Of a DNA stretch of 64,000 nucleotides, positions 60,026 through 64,000 are shown one piece after another (position 1 is the stretch's first letter; the number at the start of each line of letters is the position of its first letter). The stretch covers positions 197,162-261,161 of the forward strand of contig JAZRBB010000002.1 in assembly GCA_045634865.1 (NCBI GenBank), in the 5' to 3' direction. A program made the translations under genes and the position numbers. The notes beneath the pieces were generated by a model, which saw only the letters and a list, made by a program, of their open reading frames with translations, was not told the DNA's origin and searched no databases. Origin of the DNA: Candidatus Enterousia sp. Lineage in GTDB: Bacteria; Pseudomonadota; Alphaproteobacteria; Rs-D84.

Positions 60026-60529
60026 CTAGCGGTTTATTATTCCACCCTTTTGTAACACTATTCGCAAAGGTTTTTTAATATAACGCGCATCATAGTCGTA
60101 AATATTTCTTAAAATTTCCGCTGCTTTACCATATGCTTCGACAGCTTTCTTTTCGTTTTTCTTTAATGTACTAAAACTCCAATCTTGTCCGCAATCTTCT
60201 TCAACAGCATACAAATGTCCAATTTTACCAGGCATATAAAAGAATTTTGCAAAATCAGAAAAGTAATACGATTTAAGATGTTTACCATGATTATACAAGC
60301 TGACTTTTTCAGGAAATACTTTGATTACTTGTTGTCCCACAATTTTATAGTTCGCCCTTGCCACCTTAAAAGAAATACCATGAAAACGACCATCTTTGTC
60401 CAATTCAGAAATTGAACCACCAGAAGTTACTTCATAAAACTGCTTGTCGCCATCATCCGCTAAGAAATAACGTGTTTCATACCAATAACCATCGGTCGAA
60501 AAACTCTTTTGTGCCATTTTATATTGCAT
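60026..60529 (-). CDS. Hypothetical protein (167 aa)
   Basis: ORF with no recognised motif. Confidence 0.45.
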   Translation of the reverse strand: MQYKMAQKSFSTDGYWYETRYFLADDGDKQFYEVTSGGSISELDKDGRFHGISFKVARANYKIVGQQVIKVFPEKVSLYNHGKHLKSYYFSDFAKFFYMPGKIGHLYAVEEDCGQDWSFSTLKKNEKKAVEAYGKAAEILRNIYDYDARYIKKPLRIVLQKGGIINR

Positions 60530-60551
60530 TTGTTAATACCTTTCTTGTTTA

Positions 60552-61310
60552 TTATAAAATCACATTTCCATCAATACGTGCATCACTTGGAATTGGACCA
60601 AATGAAGAACGTGGGGAAACATAAATATTACCCTGGACAGTAAATTTACCACAGAAACTTAATTTTTCAACATTGCGAACAAATAAATTGCCACGAATCT
60701 TTGCATCACAAGGCAAAGTATATTTACGCATATTTTGGATAAACAAATTACCATCAATCTTTACACCATTTGATAAAACTGGCGCAGATGGGTACATATC
60801 AACAATAACATCACCCATTAATCTTTGCTTTGGCAAAACTTGTGCCGGCAAAGAAATTTCCTTTACAACCACAGGCTTTTTAACACCGACTGTTTTAATT
60901 TGTGGTTTGATACCTGTTTCGGCACTTACTTTCAATGGCAAGGCTGTATTTATTTTGTACTTACGTTTAACAACTTTGCGATTATCCTGCTTTGCTGAAT
61001 TTGTTTTGGCAACAACAACACTTTTATTTGTTTTTGCAACCGTATCCACAGAATTATTATCATATCTGGTAAAATTGTGAATCAGACCTGTAAATAAAAC
61101 GATTATAGCGACCAACAAAGTCAAATTCACCATACCAACGATATCAATACTCTTTACCCAATTCCAGATTGCTTTGCATATACGGCAAATAAAACGCCAT
61201 GCTTTTTTACACAATTCCCAAGGGAACGAAACAACGCGTTTCAACCATTGTTTAATATTGCGCTTGCGCGTATTACGTGCAGCAGTTTTCATTTTTTGTG
61301 TTTTATTCAT
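60552..61310 (-). CDS. Hypothetical membrane-anchored protein with C-terminal ~20-aa [KR]I[DRQ]GN[LIV][FY][IV] repeats
   Basis: Basic N-terminus, one transmembrane helix, Lys/Val-rich linker, then four repeats (KIDGNLFIQ / KIRGNLFVR / VQGNIYVS / RIDGNVIL). Confidence 0.45.
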   Translation of the reverse strand: MNKTQKMKTAARNTRKRNIKQWLKRVVSFPWELCKKAWRFICRICKAIWNWVKSIDIVGMVNLTLLVAIIVLFTGLIHNFTRYDNNSVDTVAKTNKSVVVAKTNSAKQDNRKVVKRKYKINTALPLKVSAETGIKPQIKTVGVKKPVVVKEISLPAQVLPKQRLMGDVIVDMYPSAPVLSNGVKIDGNLFIQNMRKYTLPCDAKIRGNLFVRNVEKLSFCGKFTVQGNIYVSPRSSFGPIPSDARIDGNVIL

Positions 61311-61409
61311 ATCAAATCCTTTTGTTATGTTTGCATATAATATAGACTATTTATAACATTTGTCAAGAGATTTGTCAAAAAAAATATTAGAGCGCTATAA
61401 AAAAACGCC

Positions 61410-62450
61410 CTATTTTTTAGATTTTTGGGAAAAACGTTCAATAAAAGCATTCAGTTTGTATTCGTCTTCCAATTCCTGATCTTTCATCATCCCCTTAACA
61501 TCTTCAAGTGTAGCAGCAGCATTCTTTAATTTTATAATACCTTCTTTGAACCCCAAAACAAACATTTGACGCCGTTCTTCAAGATAATCTTCGATAGATT
61601 TTTTATCTATTTTGTCTATATCGTGTGCAAGTTGTGCCTGAAAAGTTCGCAATATATACATTTGCCCGGCACTTAAATTATGCTTTCTGTCACGATCAAA
61701 AGCATTTAAAATGTCCCTGTAAAAACCTGGAAAATATTTATAAAAAGAATCTAAAAATTGTTTAATCGATTGTCTAGAATATTCTTCATTGTAATATATT
61801 CCCACAGGTAATTCAATATTGTATGGATTTTTGACCGAAACAATTTCTGCAGATTTTTCTGGACGCAAAAAAGGCTTAGCCACTTCTACAATCTTATTTA
61901 ATAATTGCGGGGTTAAATCGTAAAAATATATAGTTATCGGATCATGACGACTTTGCCAATGATACAAACCTGACGGTGTTTTATATTGAGCAATATGCTT
62001 TCCCTTATCTTCGTTTACAATGTCATCCAAATGTTCTATCAACCCACTAGCCATATACACATTCAAAGACAAACGCGCCTTTAATGCCTTGTTTCGTTCG
62101 CTCTGAGGTTGATATTCACGATAATACCAGCCGTTTGTTGCCCCATCAGGCAAAGTATCAGCGTTAGTTAATAACTTAACAGATTTATATGGTGCCCTGA
62201 TTCTACTGAAACGTTTGTCTGCGAACTCTCTCACAGAAGTGGTATTGTTTTTTATTCCCGCTTTGGTATAATCAGTCAAAGGATATTCATCACCATCTTT
62301 GACATGCCGTAATTTTTCATATTTTTTATTCAAAACTGTAAATACATTTACATCGTCACCCTTTTCCCAATTTACATCACCAGCAAACTGTTTTAACCAA
62401 TCTTTGAATAACATAAAAACTACCTCTGTATCATAGGATGATTTTAGCAT
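61410..62450 (-). CDS. Hypothetical protein (346 aa)
   Basis: ORF with no recognised motif. Adjacent to the tRNA-Arg locus. Confidence 0.45.
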   Translation of the reverse strand: MLKSSYDTEVVFMLFKDWLKQFAGDVNWEKGDDVNVFTVLNKKYEKLRHVKDGDEYPLTDYTKAGIKNNTTSVREFADKRFSRIRAPYKSVKLLTNADTLPDGATNGWYYREYQPQSERNKALKARLSLNVYMASGLIEHLDDIVNEDKGKHIAQYKTPSGLYHWQSRHDPITIYFYDLTPQLLNKIVEVAKPFLRPEKSAEIVSVKNPYNIELPVGIYYNEEYSRQSIKQFLDSFYKYFPGFYRDILNAFDRDRKHNLSAGQMYILRTFQAQLAHDIDKIDKKSIEDYLEERRQMFVLGFKEGIIKLKNAAATLEDVKGMMKDQELEDEYKLNAFIERFSQKSKK

Positions 62451-62548
62451 ATTATGGGTTATAAAACAAACAAAATCGGGATAAAAAAGTCAACAAACAA
62501 AAATTAAAAGTTGCAATCGTAGGGTTTATGATATAAAATCTGGGACAT

Positions 62549-62589
62549 GCGCCCATGGCTCAATTGGATAGAGCAACAGATTTCTAATC
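62549..62589 (+). pseudogene. Duplicated 5' half of tRNA-Arg(TCT) (acceptor 5' strand, D arm, anticodon loop), not a complete tRNA
   Basis: gcgcccatggctcaattggatagagcaacagatttctaatc matches the 5' part of the intact tRNA at 62793 (gtgcccatggctcaactggatagagcaattgccttctaagc). No matching 3' half follows. Confidence 0.6.
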
Positions 62590-62792
62590 ATCCGTAATTT
62601 TTATGGATAGATTTGGATCTGAATGCATAAACGCCTGATTTGTGCGGATGTGCGCGAAAATCAGTTCTGTATAAAACTGGATACAGATTGATTGAAATGT
62701 ACGCAAATGGATGTAAAATGTTACATATTTGCTACATAGAATGTTACACAGGAATTGGACGATATATGCGTTGAATTCCGCAAAGCAGTTAA

Positions 62793-62869
62793 GTGCCCAT
62801 GGCTCAACTGGATAGAGCAATTGCCTTCTAAGCAATAGGTTGCAGGTTCGAATCCTGCTGGGCACGCCA
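62793..62869 (+). tRNA. tRNA-Arg (anticodon TCT)
   Basis: GTGCCCATGGCTCAACTGGATAGAGCAATTGCCTTCTAAGCAATAGGTTGCAGGTTCGAATCCTGCTGGGCACGCCA. Good cloverleaf. Confidence 0.85.
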
Positions 62870-63200
62870 GATATAAAAGCCCCGAAACTTCGGGGCTTTT
62901 TAAGTTCGAAAGTTTATAAAACACGAATCGTTAAGCATAAAATGCTATTGATTTTTTCGTCAATTTGTGGTATAATTGCAGACAAGGATGAGGGAGAATT
63001 TTATATTCCTTTGCTTGACTTGTAACGTTTCTTGTGCCAAAGTGCAAACAGATATAAGGGTAAACCTATGAAAGATATGCGTAATAATTTTGGTGTTAAG
63101 GGTGTTAGTACACCTGATGCAAGTTTTTTCAGTAATCTGAAAAAGCCTGTTGATGCTACAATGGTTAAACGCGCACAGAATATATTTAGGGGCATAGAGA

Positions 63201-63752
63201 ATGTTAAAGTTTGTCGCGTGGATGCCCAATAACTCTATTCCAGAGTTTGAATGTAAAGATTCTCAGATCAACAGATATTACAAAGAACAATTACAAACAG
63301 ACATAGATGTGCGTGCCTGTAAAGCGTATTTTTTGTTTCAAGATGATAATGTCGTCGGCTTTTTCACGTTATTACCGCATTCCATAAAAAATACGAATAA
63401 TCATAGTATCCGTAAAAGAAAATTTAAGGGTATGGGCAAATGGTTGTCGGGTGTGTTACTGGGGCATTTTGCAATAGATAACAAATTTTGCAGCCAGCAA
63501 CATATGAGCGGACTGAAATACAGTAGAATATTGATGTTATATGCATTGAGAATGTTTGAACACGTTGTTCGCAATTTTTGTGGTGTGGCTTTATTATTAA
63601 ATCCAATAAATGAAAGTGTCCGTGATAAATTTTACATAAAAGAATATGGTGGTTTATTTGAAAAGTATCCCACCAATGACGATTATATGTATGCACGTAC
63701 AGTTGATGTATTGGCTGTGTTAGATAAATGGTGGCCAGATCGTAATAAATAA
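63201..63752 (+). CDS. GNAT-family acetyltransferase-like protein (possible island cargo or toxin)
   Basis: YFLFQDDNVVGFFTL...LLGHFAIDNKFCSQQHMSGL...ALLLNPINESVRDKFYIKEYGG follows the GNAT beta4-alphaC-beta5 pattern. Confidence 0.4.
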   Translation: MLKFVAWMPNNSIPEFECKDSQINRYYKEQLQTDIDVRACKAYFLFQDDNVVGFFTLLPHSIKNTNNHSIRKRKFKGMGKWLSGVLLGHFAIDNKFCSQQHMSGLKYSRILMLYALRMFEHVVRNFCGVALLLNPINESVRDKFYIKEYGGLFEKYPTNDDYMYARTVDVLAVLDKWWPDRNK

Positions 63753-63790
63753 TCAGTCGCCGTTAGCGTGTAAAACATAACTCTATTAAA

Positions 63791-64000
63791 TTATCCCGTT
63801 ATCATGCTTGCGACATTGTTTGCGGTGCGACGTGCGGCGATGCTTGATGCGTGCGCATATATTTCTGTTGTGGTGATTTTGGTGTGTCCCAGTACGTCTT
63901 TTAATATTCTTATATCTTCGCCCATGCTGGTTGCCAGTGTTGCAAAGGAATGACGCAAGTCGTGTATGCGCATACGTGGCAATTCGGCACGGTCCAATGC
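63791..64000 (-). CDS. Tyrosine recombinase/phage-type integrase, C-terminal end (gene continues beyond the window)
   Basis: ...MRIHDLRHSFATLATSMGEDIRILKDVLGHTKITTTEIYAH is the catalytic R..H...LGH....T..Y box II with the tyrosine. Confidence 0.75.
   Translation of the reverse strand, partial: ALDRAELPRMRIHDLRHSFATLATSMGEDIRILKDVLGHTKITTTEIYAHASSIAARRTANNVASMITG

Noticed and set aside
62544-62800. Possible intron-containing tRNA (the 5' half at 62549 plus a distant 3' exon)
   Set aside because: No downstream sequence can supply the anticodon-stem 3' strand, T arm and acceptor 3' strand before the intact tRNA-Arg begins. It was therefore called a duplicated 5' fragment rather than a group I intron-bearing tRNA.
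62584-62924. ORFs of 93 and 67 aa on the minus strand
   Set aside because: They overlap the tRNA-Arg gene and its promoter region. Not coding.
1-64000. CRISPR arrays, rRNA genes, IS transposases
   Set aside because: No regularly spaced direct repeats, no rRNA-like conserved stretches, and no DDE transposase ORFs were seen. The only mobile-element-like protein is the partial integrase at the window end.

Overview
This 64 kb window is low-GC (roughly 35-40% by eye) and looks like alphaproteobacterial chromosome; the strongest marker for that is a GcrA cell-cycle regulator gene. The overall character suggests a host-associated or intracellular lineage.

Most of the window is housekeeping genes: an OmpR/EnvZ-type two-component pair, argS, rplM-rpsI, tig, rpsA, adk, acpS, lpxA-lpxB, leuS, mscL, aroK, prfA, hisS, tkt, rnhA, rlmE, uvrA, a rodZ-like gene, dus, an ftsB-like gene, tspO, yifB/comM, lepB-rnc, secG, and an MTase-M23 peptidase-bactofilin-rpiB operon.

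Accessory content is interleaved with these:
- (a) A family of signal-peptide-bearing, cysteine-rich proteins with glycine-zipper segments (12683-14983, 16068-18584, 33431-36675). Two of them share a nearly identical ~85-aa C-terminal module.
- (b) An 857-aa secreted protein built from ~31-aa tandem repeats (56657-59230). Its leader carries what looks like a terminator/antiterminator switch.
- (c) Eukaryote-like ankyrin proteins and an LRR-like protein (40405-40878, 50264-52712).
- (d) Two copies of a ~170-nt GC-rich palindromic element (33165-33345 and 59250-59425), each just past the 3' end of one of the large secreted-protein genes.
- (e) A cluster of four tRNAs (Val, Leu, Ala, Leu) on the minus strand, with a duplicated tRNA-Val 3' end and large hairpins beside it.
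- (f) tRNA-Arg(TCT) with a duplicated 5' half upstream of it, and downstream a GNAT-like ORF plus a partial tyrosine integrase running off the window end. This is probably a genomic-island boundary.
- (g) Unusual gene architectures: a standalone Ffh M-domain-like ORF, an MscL-zinc-ribbon fusion, an aspartokinase lacking ACT domains, an RpsI with an Ala/Lys-rich N-terminal tail, and a trigger factor with a His/Cys-rich insert.
- (h) A ~1 kb ORF-free region (28400-29443) holding a 17-bp perfect inverted repeat and a terminator.

No rRNA, CRISPR array or transposase gene was seen. All calls rest on reading the translations and sequence directly; no database search could be run.
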